A DNA stretch of 64,000 nt from Nitrospirota bacterium (GCA_016215115.1 JACRLN010000033.1:16279-80278); one strand, 5' to 3'; shown: positions 40,544 to 51,484, counted from the first letter of the stretch. Program-made: numbers and translations. Notes: generated by a model from the letters alone, not told the origin.

Positions 40544-40805
40544 ATAGTTTCCTCCCTTTTCTCCAATATCCAGCACCGTAAATACGGATAATATTACCTC
40601 TGTAGGTGAACCTAACGGTCATTATGCCGTCGTCCACACGACCGATACAGTAAAACCGCTCCTCCTCTAAACTATGATTAACGTCTTCGGCAATGACACG
40701 ATGAGGGTCAAGAAAAGCAAGCTGAGCCAATGAAAAAGATACATTGTGCTTGTCCTGGTTTTCCTTGTCTTTATCATCATCCCATTCGAAGCGGGTTTTC
40801 TTCAT
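40518..40805 (-). CDS. BrnT-family toxin
   Basis: FEWDDDK..NQDKHNVSF, EERF, TVRFTYR..IRI. Confidence 0.88.
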   Translation of the reverse strand: MKKTRFEWDDDKDKENQDKHNVSFSLAQLAFLDPHRVIAEDVNHSLEEERFYCIGRVDDGIMTVRFTYRGNIIRIYGAGYWRKGRKLYEEKNKIY

Positions 40806-41143
40806 AGAAGTAGATACAATATAATACAGATATGGTTAAAATAGCAATATTTAAGTATGGCTACAGGAATAGAAAGAGTTCGGGTGGTTGAACCTATCTT
40901 CTGCTATGAAGATGCAGTTTAAAGGGCTATTGACATAGAATCTCGGAAGGAATCAATTGATATTATCAGACAAGGAGTAACCTATATGATTCTGTAACAC
41001 CATCCAAAATCAAGGTGGTGCGATGACCCCTTACTTATTTCCCATTTCGGTCACCGTTCCCATCTGTATCTCTCTGCTAAGGTAATACAGTAAAATTGAT
41101 GGCAACAACACGAATCCCTGCGACATCCGATCAGTGAGGAAAC

Positions 41144-41340
41144 AGGGTCAGGTCTTGCAATTTGCATTCGGGATTAATTTTTGAGAGTAATTTGCTAAGA
41201 TAGCGATAACTTTTTTAGGATACAGGGCATGGCGAAACCTTTGAGGATAGAATATAAGGGTGCTGTACATCATGTGATTTCGAGGGGCAATGAGTGGTTA
41301 AATAATTAATGAAAAATTGCAAAATGCAAGACTTGACCCT
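41144..41340 (+). mobile_element. internally deleted RAYT/Y1-transposase element
   Basis: inverted ends AGGGTCAGGTCTTGCAATTTGC / GCAAAATGCAAGACTTGACCCT around 41229-41309 MAKPLRIEYKGAVHHVISRGNE. Confidence 0.8.
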
Positions 41341-41373
41341 CAAATTTCCATGTATGTTGCCGAGGGAGCTTCC

Positions 41374-42408
41374 TTAAATATACACTACGCCTCTATCACC
41401 CTTTTCAACCTGCCCTATAATAAATGCCTTTTCACTGAGGCGTGTAAATTTTTTAACGATCTTTTCTGCATCCGTCCTGTTAACGACCAGTATTAGACCG
41501 ATCCCCATGTTGAACGTCTTATACATTTCACCTTCATCAACATTTCCCGTATTCTGGATAAGGTGGAATATCGGATGAACCGGCCAACTGCCTCTTTCAA
41601 TGACAAATTTTAATTTTTTGTTCTGTGGAACGACACGCGGGAGGTTTTCGGTAATTCCCCCGCCGGTTATATGGGCGATGCCTTTTATTTTAAAATTCTC
41701 AAGCACCTTCAAAACACTTTTCACATAAATTTTCGTTGGTTTTAAAAGTTCTTCTCCGATGGAACAGCCGAGATCTTTTATATGTTTTTTCGGACTGTAT
41801 TTTTTTATGTCAAAGAAAAGTTTTCTTGCGAGCGAGTATCCGTTACTGTGAAGCCCGTTTGAAGAAAGACCAATCAGTATATCGCCGTCCCTGATTTCAG
41901 AACCATTGATAATCGCTTTTTTATCCACAATACCAACTGCGAATCCGGCGAGGTCATATTCTCCTTTACTGTAAAATCCCGGCATCTCGGCGGTTTCACC
42001 ACCGATGAGTGAGCAGCCGGCTTGCCTGCAGCCGTCAGCAATGCCTTTAATAACATCTCCGGCGGTTTTTGTTGAAAGCTTTCCTGTTGCAAAGTAATCG
42101 AGGAAGAAGAGGGGCATCGCTCCGCTTGTGAGGATATCATTTACCGACATGGCAACAAGGTCTATCCCGACTGTGTCGTGTTTGTTCATCAAAAAGGCAA
42201 TTTTTAATTTTGTTCCCACACCGTCCGTGCTGCTTACAAGGACCGGCTCCCTGTATTTGGATTTATCGATTTTATAGAAGGCGCCGAAAGAACCAATCTC
42301 GTTAATCACATTTTTAGAAAAAGTAGCTTGCGCAAGGGGCTTGATAATATCCACGAGCCTGTTGCCCTTTTCAATATTAACCCCTGCATTTTTATAAGTG
42401 AGCGGCAT
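41374..42408 (-). CDS. purM: AIR synthetase
   Basis: TDGVGTK, GGETAEMPG, GLHSNGYS, FNMG. Confidence 0.97.
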   Translation of the reverse strand: MPLTYKNAGVNIEKGNRLVDIIKPLAQATFSKNVINEIGSFGAFYKIDKSKYREPVLVSSTDGVGTKLKIAFLMNKHDTVGIDLVAMSVNDILTSGAMPLFFLDYFATGKLSTKTAGDVIKGIADGCRQAGCSLIGGETAEMPGFYSKGEYDLAGFAVGIVDKKAIINGSEIRDGDILIGLSSNGLHSNGYSLARKLFFDIKKYSPKKHIKDLGCSIGEELLKPTKIYVKSVLKVLENFKIKGIAHITGGGITENLPRVVPQNKKLKFVIERGSWPVHPIFHLIQNTGNVDEGEMYKTFNMGIGLILVVNRTDAEKIVKKFTRLSEKAFIIGQVEKGDRGVVYI

Positions 42409-42453
42409 AAATCTCCTTTAATAAAATAACTCAGGTAAAAATTATCATTTAGT

Positions 42454-42611
42454 GTAACCCTTCAGTTATGGGTGACAAAAAACTATTTGGATTGTCATTC
42501 CCGCGATCTGTTAAGCGGGAATCCAGAAACCAGAGAACTGGATCCCCGCTCAAAGGACTGCGGGGATGACACGCTATAAACAATTATTGCAACCCGTAAC
42601 TGAAGGGTTAC
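42454..42611. mobile_element. MITE family B (inverted)
   Basis: TIRs as at 27804; flanks CATTTAGT/CATTTAGC (7/8 TSD). Confidence 0.9.
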
Positions 42612-42650
42612 CATTTAGCATTTAACAATTTCATTTTAAACTTTGCAATG

Positions 42651-43370
42651 CTAAATATAACTTGCATTCTTTTTAAGTTTCTTCAGAGCAGCCTCGGCTG
42701 CCTTCTGGGCTGCAGCTTTCTTGGTTTTCCCTTTTCCCAGACCCAGATAATTTTCATTTATGAAAACTTTTACTTCGAAGGTCTTTTTATGTTCAGGACC
42801 TTCTTCTTTGTGTATGACATATGCTGGCAGTACGCCGAATTCTGCCTGGGCCACTTCCTGAAGTTTTGTCTTAAAATCAAAGATAAAATTTTTTGTTGAA
42901 AGTTCATCCGTCTTATATATTAAATGCCTGAGGATAAAAGCCTTTGCCTTTTTATAACCTCCGTCAAGATATATTGCGGCTAAGACCGCCTCAAATGCAT
43001 CGGCAAGAAGAGAGTCCTTTTTCCTGCCGCCTGTCATTTCCTCACCTTTACCCAGAATAAGACATTCTCCGATATTAATACTTTTTGCAATCTCCGCCAG
43101 CGTTGACTCCTGAACAGTATAGGCCTTTATTCTGGAAAGGTCCGCCTCGGTATATTCAGGATAAGTGGTGAAGATATATTCACTGATAATTAACTCAAGT
43201 ACCGAGTCGCCTAAAAATTCCATACGCTCATTGAATGATAAACTGCCTTTCTGTTTTTCATGCGCATATGACTTGTGTGTAATCGCCTCTTTTAAGAGAG
43301 ATTTTTTTTTAAAAGTGTAACCGAGATTGTTTTCGAGATCAGCTATATTTTTTGAAGATGAGACACGCAT
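42651..43370 (-). CDS. rnc: ribonuclease III
   Basis: NERMEFLGDSVL, ADAFEA, dsRBD. Confidence 0.96.
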   Translation of the reverse strand: MRVSSSKNIADLENNLGYTFKKKSLLKEAITHKSYAHEKQKGSLSFNERMEFLGDSVLELIISEYIFTTYPEYTEADLSRIKAYTVQESTLAEIAKSINIGECLILGKGEEMTGGRKKDSLLADAFEAVLAAIYLDGGYKKAKAFILRHLIYKTDELSTKNFIFDFKTKLQEVAQAEFGVLPAYVIHKEEGPEHKKTFEVKVFINENYLGLGKGKTKKAAAQKAAEAALKKLKKNASYI

Positions 43371-44577
43371 TCGTTCCACCGAAACCAAATGAATTGGATA
43401 TAGCAATGTTTATATAAAGGGGCCTTGATTTATGAGGTAGATAATCAAGGTCGCACTCCGGGTCAGGATTATCAAGATTAATAGTAGGAGGCACAATCTT
43501 ATTATATATACTGAGCGCGCAGATTCCTGCTTCTACCCCGCCTGAAGCGCCAAGGAGATGTCCGATCATTGACTTTGTGGAACTGATGCACAATTTATGG
43601 GCGTGGGAGCCGAAAACTTTTTTGATCGCTAAAGTTTCCAGTTCATCGCCGTATTTTGTTGAAGTTCCATGTGCGTTGATATAATCAATTTCTTCAGGAC
43701 TGATACCGGCATCCTTTAATGCAAGTCCCATGCATTTTGCCGCTCCTTCACCGTTGGGAGACGGGCTTGTTATATGATATGCGTCTGAGTTAAGACCATA
43801 ACCTGTCAATTCAGCATAAATCCTGGCTCCCCTGTTTACCGCATTTTCCATCTCTTCAAGGACCAATACCCCGGCGCCTTCTCCCATGACAAAGCCGTCT
43901 CTGTCCCTGTCAAAAGGTCTGCTTGCCTTTTCAGGTGCGTCATTCCTTGTAGAGAGGGCTTTCATTGAAGTAAATCCGGCAATGCCTAAAGGGGTTATAC
44001 ATGCTTCAGTCCCTCCGCAGATCATTGCATCGGCAACACCGTGCTGTATCAGCTTGAAAGCATCACCTATTGAATGAGTTCCGGTAGCGCATGCTGTAGC
44101 AACGGCAGAATTCGGGCCTTTAACGCCGAAACGGATAGATATCTGACCGGAGGTAAGGTTTATTATTGTCATCGGGATAAAGAAAGGGGACACCCTCTTG
44201 GGACCCTTTTCAAGCAGGACCTGTTTATAATGCTCAATTGCAGACAGACCGCCTACTCCTGCGCCGACAATTACCCCGATTCTGTCAGCATTGCCTTCCG
44301 TTACCTTGAGTCCTGAATCTTCCATCGCCAGTGTTGCTGCAGCAAGCCCCAGGTGAATAAACCTGTCCATTTTTTTCTGTTCTTTTATTTCTATAAACCG
44401 GTCTATTTCAAAGTCGGGAATTTCTGCGGCTATCTGGCATGGCAGGCCCTCAGGATTAAAGTGAGTTATTATCCTTACGGCAGGACGGCCTTCTAAAAGG
44501 CCTTTCCATGATTTTTCTGTACCTGTGCCAAGGGGTGTTACCATCCCAACCCCTGTTATTACTACGCGTCTTTTCAT
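43339..44577 (-). CDS. fabF: beta-ketoacyl-ACP synthase II
   Basis: TACATG, HGTST, GHLLGA, SFGFGG. Confidence 0.97.
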   Translation of the reverse strand: MKRRVVITGVGMVTPLGTGTEKSWKGLLEGRPAVRIITHFNPEGLPCQIAAEIPDFEIDRFIEIKEQKKMDRFIHLGLAAATLAMEDSGLKVTEGNADRIGVIVGAGVGGLSAIEHYKQVLLEKGPKRVSPFFIPMTIINLTSGQISIRFGVKGPNSAVATACATGTHSIGDAFKLIQHGVADAMICGGTEACITPLGIAGFTSMKALSTRNDAPEKASRPFDRDRDGFVMGEGAGVLVLEEMENAVNRGARIYAELTGYGLNSDAYHITSPSPNGEGAAKCMGLALKDAGISPEEIDYINAHGTSTKYGDELETLAIKKVFGSHAHKLCISSTKSMIGHLLGASGGVEAGICALSIYNKIVPPTINLDNPDPECDLDYLPHKSRPLYINIAISNSFGFGGTNACLIFKKYS

Positions 44578-44596
44578 TAATTTTTGAAGATCTTTT

Positions 44597-44738
44597 TACC
44601 ACAGAGAACACGGAGTTTAAAAAAGAAGTTGAGAAGTTAAGAAGTTATGAAGCAAGAAAAGACAGAAATTATTTTTTCTCCCATCTTCTTAACTTCCCAA
44701 CTTCTCATCTTCTATCTCTCTCTGTGACCTCTGTGGTT
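44597..44738. repeat. nested inverted short-repeat element (9-mer arms outside 8-mer arms)
   Basis: ACCACAGAGAACACGGAG..CTCTGTGACCTCTGTGGT enclosing GAAGTTGAGAAGTTAAGAAG..CTTCTTAACTTCCCAACTTC. Confidence 0.75.
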
Positions 44739-44750
44739 AAAGTTAGTTTT

Positions 44751-44987
44751 TTATTTTCCGGATTTATCTTCTATGTATTTTATGGCATCCTGTACTTTAA
44801 GAATTTTTTCCGCGTCTTCGTCAGGAATCTCAATGTTAAAGGCCTCTTCAAAAGCCATTACAAGCTCGACAGTATCGAGTGAATCAGCGCCGAGATCTTC
44901 AACAAATGATGCCTCAAGGGTTACCTTTTCCATATCAACACCAAGCTGTTTTGCTATTATTTCTTTTACTTTTGCTTCAACTGCCAT
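44751..44987 (-). CDS. acpP: acyl carrier protein
   Basis: [12 protein letters not shown]. Confidence 0.98.
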   Translation of the reverse strand: MAVEAKVKEIIAKQLGVDMEKVTLEASFVEDLGADSLDTVELVMAFEEAFNIEIPDEDAEKILKVQDAIKYIEDKSGK

Positions 44988-45110
44988 CAAGCACCTCCGT
45001 TTTTATAATTTACATATTAAGTACAAAAGAATTACAAGCTATCAATTATACATTTTCAGATGAAATATTTCATCTAATCATTAACTGATAGCTGACAGCT
45101 GTCAGCTATT

Positions 45111-45851
45111 TTACATATACATCCCGCCGTTTACATGGATTACCTGGCCGGTTATATAATCAGCTTCTTTAGAGGAAAGGAATATAACCGCATTTGTTAC
45201 GTCTTCCGGAGTCCCGAACTGCCCCAGAGGTATTGCCCTTTTCATCTCATCCTTTACTGCATCGGGAAGAACATCGGTCATTGCCGTCTGAATAAATCCC
45301 GGTGCGACAGCATTGGCCCTGATGCCGCGGCTTGCATATTCCTTCGCAATTGTCTTCGTAAGACCGATAAGCCCTGCCTTTGAGGCGCTGTAATTTGCCT
45401 GTCCGGGATTGCCCATAAAGGCAACCACAGATGATATGCTGATAATCTTGCCGGAACGCTGTTTTGTCATAATTTTTACTGCTTCCTTGCTGCACAAAAA
45501 AGAACCTTTGAGGTTAATGTTTAACACCGCGTCCCAGTCCTCTTCCTTCATCCTGAGCAATACATTGTCTTTGGTAATGCCGGCATTATTCACAAGTATG
45601 TCGAGAACGCCAAACTCTTTAATAAACGTCGCAAAGGCAGAAGAAACATCACCCTGTTTTGAGACGTCGAGTTTTATGGAAATACTTTTCCGGCCTGATT
45701 CCCTGATTTCCTGTGCGGTTTTTTCAGCGCTTTCAATGTTAACATCAGCAATGCCGATATCAGCGCCTTCTTTTGCCATTCCCAAGGCTATTGCCTTACC
45801 GATCCCCTGTGCTGCGCCGGTGATCAATGCTTTTTTTCCTTCAAGCCTCAT
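45111..45851 (-). CDS. fabG: 3-oxoacyl-ACP reductase
   Basis: TGAAQGIG, NNAG, YSASK. Confidence 0.97.
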   Translation of the reverse strand: MRLEGKKALITGAAQGIGKAIALGMAKEGADIGIADVNIESAEKTAQEIRESGRKSISIKLDVSKQGDVSSAFATFIKEFGVLDILVNNAGITKDNVLLRMKEEDWDAVLNINLKGSFLCSKEAVKIMTKQRSGKIISISSVVAFMGNPGQANYSASKAGLIGLTKTIAKEYASRGIRANAVAPGFIQTAMTDVLPDAVKDEMKRAIPLGQFGTPEDVTNAVIFLSSKEADYITGQVIHVNGGMYM

Positions 45852-45952
45852 TATGCCTCCATTTAAAATTTCCTTTGAATTATAAGACTGGATATTATAA
45901 AATTTCATCCTCAATTAGGCAATACAAAAGTCTGTAAGTTATAATACATCCG

Positions 45953-47533
45953 ATGAAATTACTCCTCATCTCCTTACAATCCAATGCTTATGTAACAGGA
46001 TTAAAGTATGTTGCTGCAAATGCACGTTCATACGGGCATGACGTAAAAATATTATTTCTGCCCGGATATCTGGAAAGCACATTAAATCCTGCGATTGCGG
46101 AATTTATTTCCAATTTTAATCCTGATTTGATCGGCATAAGCCTGATGTCAATCGAATATTATCCTGCCAAAAATCTTACACGTTTATTGAAAGAGAAATT
46201 TGATGTACCGATAATCTGGGGCGGGGTGCATGCAATCATTAAACCGGGGGAATGCATAAGATATGCTGACTATGTATGTATCGGGGAAGGAGAGCATGCA
46301 GTAGTTTCATTACTTAACCATTTAAGCACAAAAGGGAAGGGCACTTCTCCTGAAATTCCCGGCGTATGGGTTAATTATAACGGGCACATAATAAGACCAC
46401 TGATAGCGCAGCCGGAGACGAACCTTGACAGCCTTCCGTTTCAGGAATATCTTCCTGATTATTTCTACGGGTTTCACAATAACAGGCTATACAATTTTGC
46501 TGAACACCAGCGTTTGTTCCGTCAGTATGCCCTATACGGCGGGACTTGCCATATGATGATAACTACACGCGGCTGTCCGTTTCACTGCTCCTATTGCGGG
46601 AATTCCGCATTTATGAACGTATTTGGCAGAAAGGTCCGGGAGAGGTCGGTTAGAAATGTAATTGATGAAATAAAGGAAGTCATAAAGAATCCCTTTATCC
46701 TTTATATTAATTTTCAGGATGACTGCTTTTTTACTCATAATAAGGAGTGGATGGAAGAGTTCTGCCGGTTATACAAAAAACACATTAACCTGCCCTTCAT
46801 TGCACGTGCTATTCCGACAATGCTGGACAAAAAAAGATTGTCTATGCTTGTTGATGCGGGTCTCTGCTGGATAGTCATGGGCATTCAATCCGGAAGCGAC
46901 CGAGTCAATTTTGAGGTTTACAACAGAAAAATACGTTTCCCGGCAGTTAAAAAGGCGGCAGACCTTATCTCGGAAACACATGCAGCGCCGTTTTATGAGA
47001 TGATAGTGGATAATCCATATGAGACAGAGGAAGAGAAAATAGAAACGATTAATTCCATTGCAACATTGAAAAAGCCGTACATTGCTTCGCTCGCTCATCT
47101 GACCTTTTTCCCGGGAACCCCGCTTGCTGAAAAGGCGGTGAAGGATAACATTGTCACACCTGATGCTTACCTCTTTCGGTATCTGCTCAACATTGATGAG
47201 ACTTATTTGAACAAGCTGCTTGCCATAACTCCCTGCACTCCGCGGTTTATTGTTAAATATCTTAATAAACATGAGGCGCAGAGAAAACCATTACATATAT
47301 TTCTCCTCAACGTCCTTCATTTCGCAGTCAAAAGATTTATCGAACCGGTTGTATTTTTGTTCATAACAATGAGATCGCTTGATTACAGAATAAACTGGAT
47401 AGTCAGAACGGTACTTGGAAACTGGAAGTCCACGCTTGCGAGACTTGTCTCCAAATATCTCGGCAAAAGTGATCTCGAATTTGATCAGCGTCTAACACTG
47501 GCAAAAAAGAACATGCCGGAGTTGTTTAAGTAA
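45953..47533 (+). CDS. cobalamin-binding radical SAM protein
   Basis: WGGVHA, IGEGE, RGCPFHCSYC. Confidence 0.9.
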   Translation: MKLLLISLQSNAYVTGLKYVAANARSYGHDVKILFLPGYLESTLNPAIAEFISNFNPDLIGISLMSIEYYPAKNLTRLLKEKFDVPIIWGGVHAIIKPGECIRYADYVCIGEGEHAVVSLLNHLSTKGKGTSPEIPGVWVNYNGHIIRPLIAQPETNLDSLPFQEYLPDYFYGFHNNRLYNFAEHQRLFRQYALYGGTCHMMITTRGCPFHCSYCGNSAFMNVFGRKVRERSVRNVIDEIKEVIKNPFILYINFQDDCFFTHNKEWMEEFCRLYKKHINLPFIARAIPTMLDKKRLSMLVDAGLCWIVMGIQSGSDRVNFEVYNRKIRFPAVKKAADLISETHAAPFYEMIVDNPYETEEEKIETINSIATLKKPYIASLAHLTFFPGTPLAEKAVKDNIVTPDAYLFRYLLNIDETYLNKLLAITPCTPRFIVKYLNKHEAQRKPLHIFLLNVLHFAVKRFIEPVVFLFITMRSLDYRINWIVRTVLGNWKSTLARLVSKYLGKSDLEFDQRLTLAKKNMPELFK

Positions 47534-47708
47534 TAAATACTATAAAGCCTTTCTTGACTTCTTCAACTTATTATTTCTGTTTTATCATAGAGAATATTGA
47601 AGAACTCAGAAACGTCCCCAAATTTCACTTGATATGTGGCGGGAATGACATTTATATATAGAAGTGCGGGAGTTTTTAACTTGCGAGTTTTTACGCTTGC
47701 GAACTTAC

Positions 47709-48530
47709 TTAACTCATCACCACCGGCGACCGTTGCGTATTGAATGGATTCATCCTCACTGCGAGGGAAAAGAGATACGGATAGTTGTTTTTCAGATAAT
47801 ACATGTAATCCAGCCATTGAGGCACAAGCATGCTATATGCTCTTTTAATATCACCTGCCATATGGGTATAGTCTGTATCCGGTAAATTTTCAAGATCCTC
47901 CCTGCAAAGCAGCTCTTCCTTAAAATGCAGAATTGCACGGAGAAGATTTGTAAAAGACTCATGTTCAAGTAAATTCTGGTTTTCCAGCAACCGCAAAAAG
48001 AGATTGCTCTTTTCCTGGAGAAAATCCCGCAACACTTTAAAATCGACTCTGTTTTTGTCTACGTCATGGCCATGTCTTTTAATATGTTTACTTGCAGTGA
48101 GAAATTCTTTTTCAGTCCAATCGGCGTTTATAGTAAGATTCCGGCTAATGTTTTCAATTTCGGGGTCGTAATCTATAAAGTATGTTAAAAGCTTTGTGCC
48201 TGCCTCAGAAAAAAATACGCCTATGATAATATTTAACTTCTCAAGTCTTATTTCCTTTTCTCTTTTGTTCAATAATAACTCGGTTGCATTTGCTATAACG
48301 CCAAGAAATGTGCTAACGCCGGTTACAATAAGAATGATAGCAAGTATTTTGCCCTCTGCTGTAACAGGATGTATGTCGCCGTAGCCAACAGTAGCTACGG
48401 TAACGACGGTGAAATAAATAGAATCAGAGAATGATAACTTCTCTGTTATCATGAAACCAAAGGTCCCTGTTAACATGACAGCTATTAATGAAGCTATAAA
48501 AAATTTTAAGCGGAATCCTATATTACTCAT
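47709..48530 (-). CDS. two-TM potassium channel family protein with non-RCK C-terminal domain
   Basis: TVATVGYGD selectivity filter. Confidence 0.85.
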   Translation of the reverse strand: MSNIGFRLKFFIASLIAVMLTGTFGFMITEKLSFSDSIYFTVVTVATVGYGDIHPVTAEGKILAIILIVTGVSTFLGVIANATELLLNKREKEIRLEKLNIIIGVFFSEAGTKLLTYFIDYDPEIENISRNLTINADWTEKEFLTASKHIKRHGHDVDKNRVDFKVLRDFLQEKSNLFLRLLENQNLLEHESFTNLLRAILHFKEELLCREDLENLPDTDYTHMAGDIKRAYSMLVPQWLDYMYYLKNNYPYLFSLAVRMNPFNTQRSPVVMS

Positions 48531-48663
48531 ATTAAAACAAGGATTAGGGGATATGGGTCAGGGGTCAGTTTTTTTTACTAATCATTAACCCATAATCCAT
48601 AGTCCCTAACCCTTTAATCCTGTCGATTTATTGTGTATATGAGGCATTCAGCCTTCGTTAATT

Positions 48664-49596
48664 TCAGATATGACTTTTCAGTATATTCCTAATATGTTCA
48701 ATATCATTTCTCAGTTGTTTTGCAAGGGCTTCAGCGTTTATAAATTTCATTTCATCCCGGATTCTTCTGATAAAAGAGATTTTCAGGGTTTTACCGAGAA
48801 GTTCTCCGTTGAAGTCCAGTATATGTGTTTCAAAGCTGAATTTTTTGTCTCTAAAAGTCGGATTGAAACCTATGTTTGTAGCCCCTCCATATTTTTTTCC
48901 GTTTATTTCCACTGTAACTGCATAAACACCATCCTTGGGAAGCAGATCGTTAGCGGTTAAAAGATTGGCTGTCGGCATGTTTAAAATATTTTTTCCTCTT
49001 TTGGCCCCTTCAATTACTATTCCTTCAACAGAATATGGTCTTCCTAATAATATTGACGCTTCATCAACTTTTCCCTTTGCAATAAGGGTCCTTATCCCGG
49101 AACTGCTGGGCACAGAGTTGTTAATTTTAATTTCATCTACAACCGTAACGGTAAATCCGCATTTCCCCCCGATTTCTTTTAATAAGTCAGGGGAGCCTTT
49201 CCTTCCTTTCCCGAACAAGTAATTGGACCCGATAAAAATTTCTTTTACTCCAAGAATTTGACAGAGAAAATCATTTACAAAATCTTCAGCCGGTATATTT
49301 GCAAACTCTTTTGTAAAATTTGCACAGATAATGATATCTATACCGGCACTTTCTATAAGTTTGAATTTATGCTTGTATGTAGTGAGGAGTTTGGGCGCCC
49401 TTTCAGGGGCAAGAACTCTCAGAGGATGTGGTATAAAAGTAAAAACAATTGACGTTCCCTGCTTTTCTCTCGCACGTTCTATCAGCATCCGGAAAATTGC
49501 CTGATGTCCGAGATGTACTCCGTCAAAATTGCCGATTGTAAGAACAGGGTAAGGGAAGCTTTCTTTAATGTTTTCTGTTCCGTCTATTATCTTCAT
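48664..49596 (-). CDS. ribF: riboflavin kinase/FAD synthetase
   Basis: GNFDGVHLGH, PTAN, GFNPTF, ETHI. Confidence 0.96.
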   Translation of the reverse strand: MKIIDGTENIKESFPYPVLTIGNFDGVHLGHQAIFRMLIERAREKQGTSIVFTFIPHPLRVLAPERAPKLLTTYKHKFKLIESAGIDIIICANFTKEFANIPAEDFVNDFLCQILGVKEIFIGSNYLFGKGRKGSPDLLKEIGGKCGFTVTVVDEIKINNSVPSSSGIRTLIAKGKVDEASILLGRPYSVEGIVIEGAKRGKNILNMPTANLLTANDLLPKDGVYAVTVEINGKKYGGATNIGFNPTFRDKKFSFETHILDFNGELLGKTLKISFIRRIRDEMKFINAEALAKQLRNDIEHIRNILKSHI

Positions 49597-49868
49597 AATC
49601 AAATCTGTTATCAAAATTTTTCTTGACAATTATAAAATAGCATTGATATTGTAGTTGCAACAATAAATCGATTTAAAAGATAATAGGGTTAATAAACTAT
49701 ATTTGTCAATTGAATATAGAGAGTATTGTTTAAATAGTTTACAGTTGACTGTAAAATAATTATAAGCTATACTAATGTATCTTAAAAGACATTATATATA
49801 AGTAAAACTATATCATTCTTGTTTTCCAAATAGAAGTAAATATTTCTGTGTGTAAGAAAGTATAGGTA

Positions 49869-51449
49869 ATGTTAAAGCAAGATGTTTATATTTTAATTGC
49901 TGATAATAATCAGCCTAATATTGAGACCATCAAGTCAACATTAACCCACCATAACGATATCAAATATAAATTTGATATCATCCGCACCGGACAAGATATA
50001 CTGGAGAAAGCAGATCACATCAAATATGATCTTTTACTAATGAATCGGGCACTCTCTGATTTAAACGGGATTAAAGTGCTTGACGAGATAACAAAAAGAA
50101 AATTAGATTTACCGGTGATCATGATTGTTGAAGATGGCGAGGAAGAGTTAGGCGTTAAAGCAATGGATAAAGGAGCATATGATTATTTAACGGAAGATGA
50201 AATTAAAACTGTATCATTAAGCCGGGCCATACGCAGGGCCCTACAGAGAAAAAAGCTGGAAGATGACATAAAAGAATCTATTAAAAAACTGGAAAAGTTG
50301 GCGATAAAGGATGGCTTGACAGGATTATATAATCACAACCATTTTAAAGAAATATTGAAAAGTGAATATAAAAAGGCAAAAAGGAATATACAATCACTTT
50401 CCTGTATTATGCTTGATCTTGATCACTTTAAATCAGTAAACGACACATATGGACATCAGTTTGGTGATCATGTACTTATCAAATCCTCTGAAATTATGAA
50501 AAAACTGGTGAGGGATACGGATTTTGTTGCCCGATATGGCGGAGAAGAGTTTTTTATTGTCCTGCCTAATACCAATCTGGAAGGGTCTTTTATATTAGCT
50601 GAGAGGATACGCATTGCGTTCGAGAAGAATATTTTCAGGAAGGGAGAAATTTCAGCAGTTGTCACTGTAAGTTTAGGGATTTCTTCTACTTTGGATAGTA
50701 ATGTAACCGGAGATAACGACCTTATTTCAAATGCAGACAAGGCGCTGTACCGTGCAAAATGGAGAGGAAGGAATAATGTTTGCACATTTGAAGAAACAGA
50801 ATTTGATGAAGCTGTCGGTATCAAGGAAGAGGAGAAAAAGATAAAAGATTTTTATATCCGGCTTGAAAGTATTAATGAAAATATAAAAGAAACGTGCATT
50901 GAATCTGCCCATAATATATTACTTGAGATGAATAGCTGGTGGAATAATGTCAAAGAACATTCTGTCCGGGTCAGCAATTTTGCAGAAAAACTGACAAGGG
51001 AGTTGTTAATGTCTGATGATGAGATCAATGTGGTAAAGCGGGCTGCATTGCTTCATGATATAGGAATGATCGGTGTTAATTCAAAGATATTGAAAAAGAA
51101 GGACAAGCTGACAGATGTAGAATATAGTCTGATTAAGAGGCATGCAAATATAGGAGTAAAAATAATTGAGAGAACAAAACTGTTTCATAAAGAACTTCCA
51201 ATAATTCTGCATCATCATGAGAGGTTTGACGGCAACGGCTATCCTCACAAATTAAAGGGTGACAACATACCTTACGGAGCACGGATAATGGCTATCGTAG
51301 AGGCCTATGACGTTATGAGGACAGATACGCTTTACAGAAAAGCGAGTTCGTCAAAAGAAGCTCTTGCAGAGCTCAAAGAATGCGCCGGTAAACAGTTTGA
51401 CCCGCACATGGTTGACGTTTTTACCAAAGTTGTCGAGAAATCGAAATAG
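49869..51449 (+). CDS. REC-GGDEF-HD-GYP hybrid
   Basis: REC-like N-terminus, RDTD/GGEEF, LHDIG, HHERFDGNGYP. Confidence 0.9.
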   Translation: MLKQDVYILIADNNQPNIETIKSTLTHHNDIKYKFDIIRTGQDILEKADHIKYDLLLMNRALSDLNGIKVLDEITKRKLDLPVIMIVEDGEEELGVKAMDKGAYDYLTEDEIKTVSLSRAIRRALQRKKLEDDIKESIKKLEKLAIKDGLTGLYNHNHFKEILKSEYKKAKRNIQSLSCIMLDLDHFKSVNDTYGHQFGDHVLIKSSEIMKKLVRDTDFVARYGGEEFFIVLPNTNLEGSFILAERIRIAFEKNIFRKGEISAVVTVSLGISSTLDSNVTGDNDLISNADKALYRAKWRGRNNVCTFEETEFDEAVGIKEEEKKIKDFYIRLESINENIKETCIESAHNILLEMNSWWNNVKEHSVRVSNFAEKLTRELLMSDDEINVVKRAALLHDIGMIGVNSKILKKKDKLTDVEYSLIKRHANIGVKIIERTKLFHKELPIILHHHERFDGNGYPHKLKGDNIPYGARIMAIVEAYDVMRTDTLYRKASSSKEALAELKECAGKQFDPHMVDVFTKVVEKSK

Positions 51450-51484
51450 CTTTCATTACAAACCACCCTTTCTTCGGAGTAAGA

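Noticed and set aside
40857-40995. Short gene-like fragment upstream of brnT
   Set aside because: It is interrupted by stops and has no recognisable motif.
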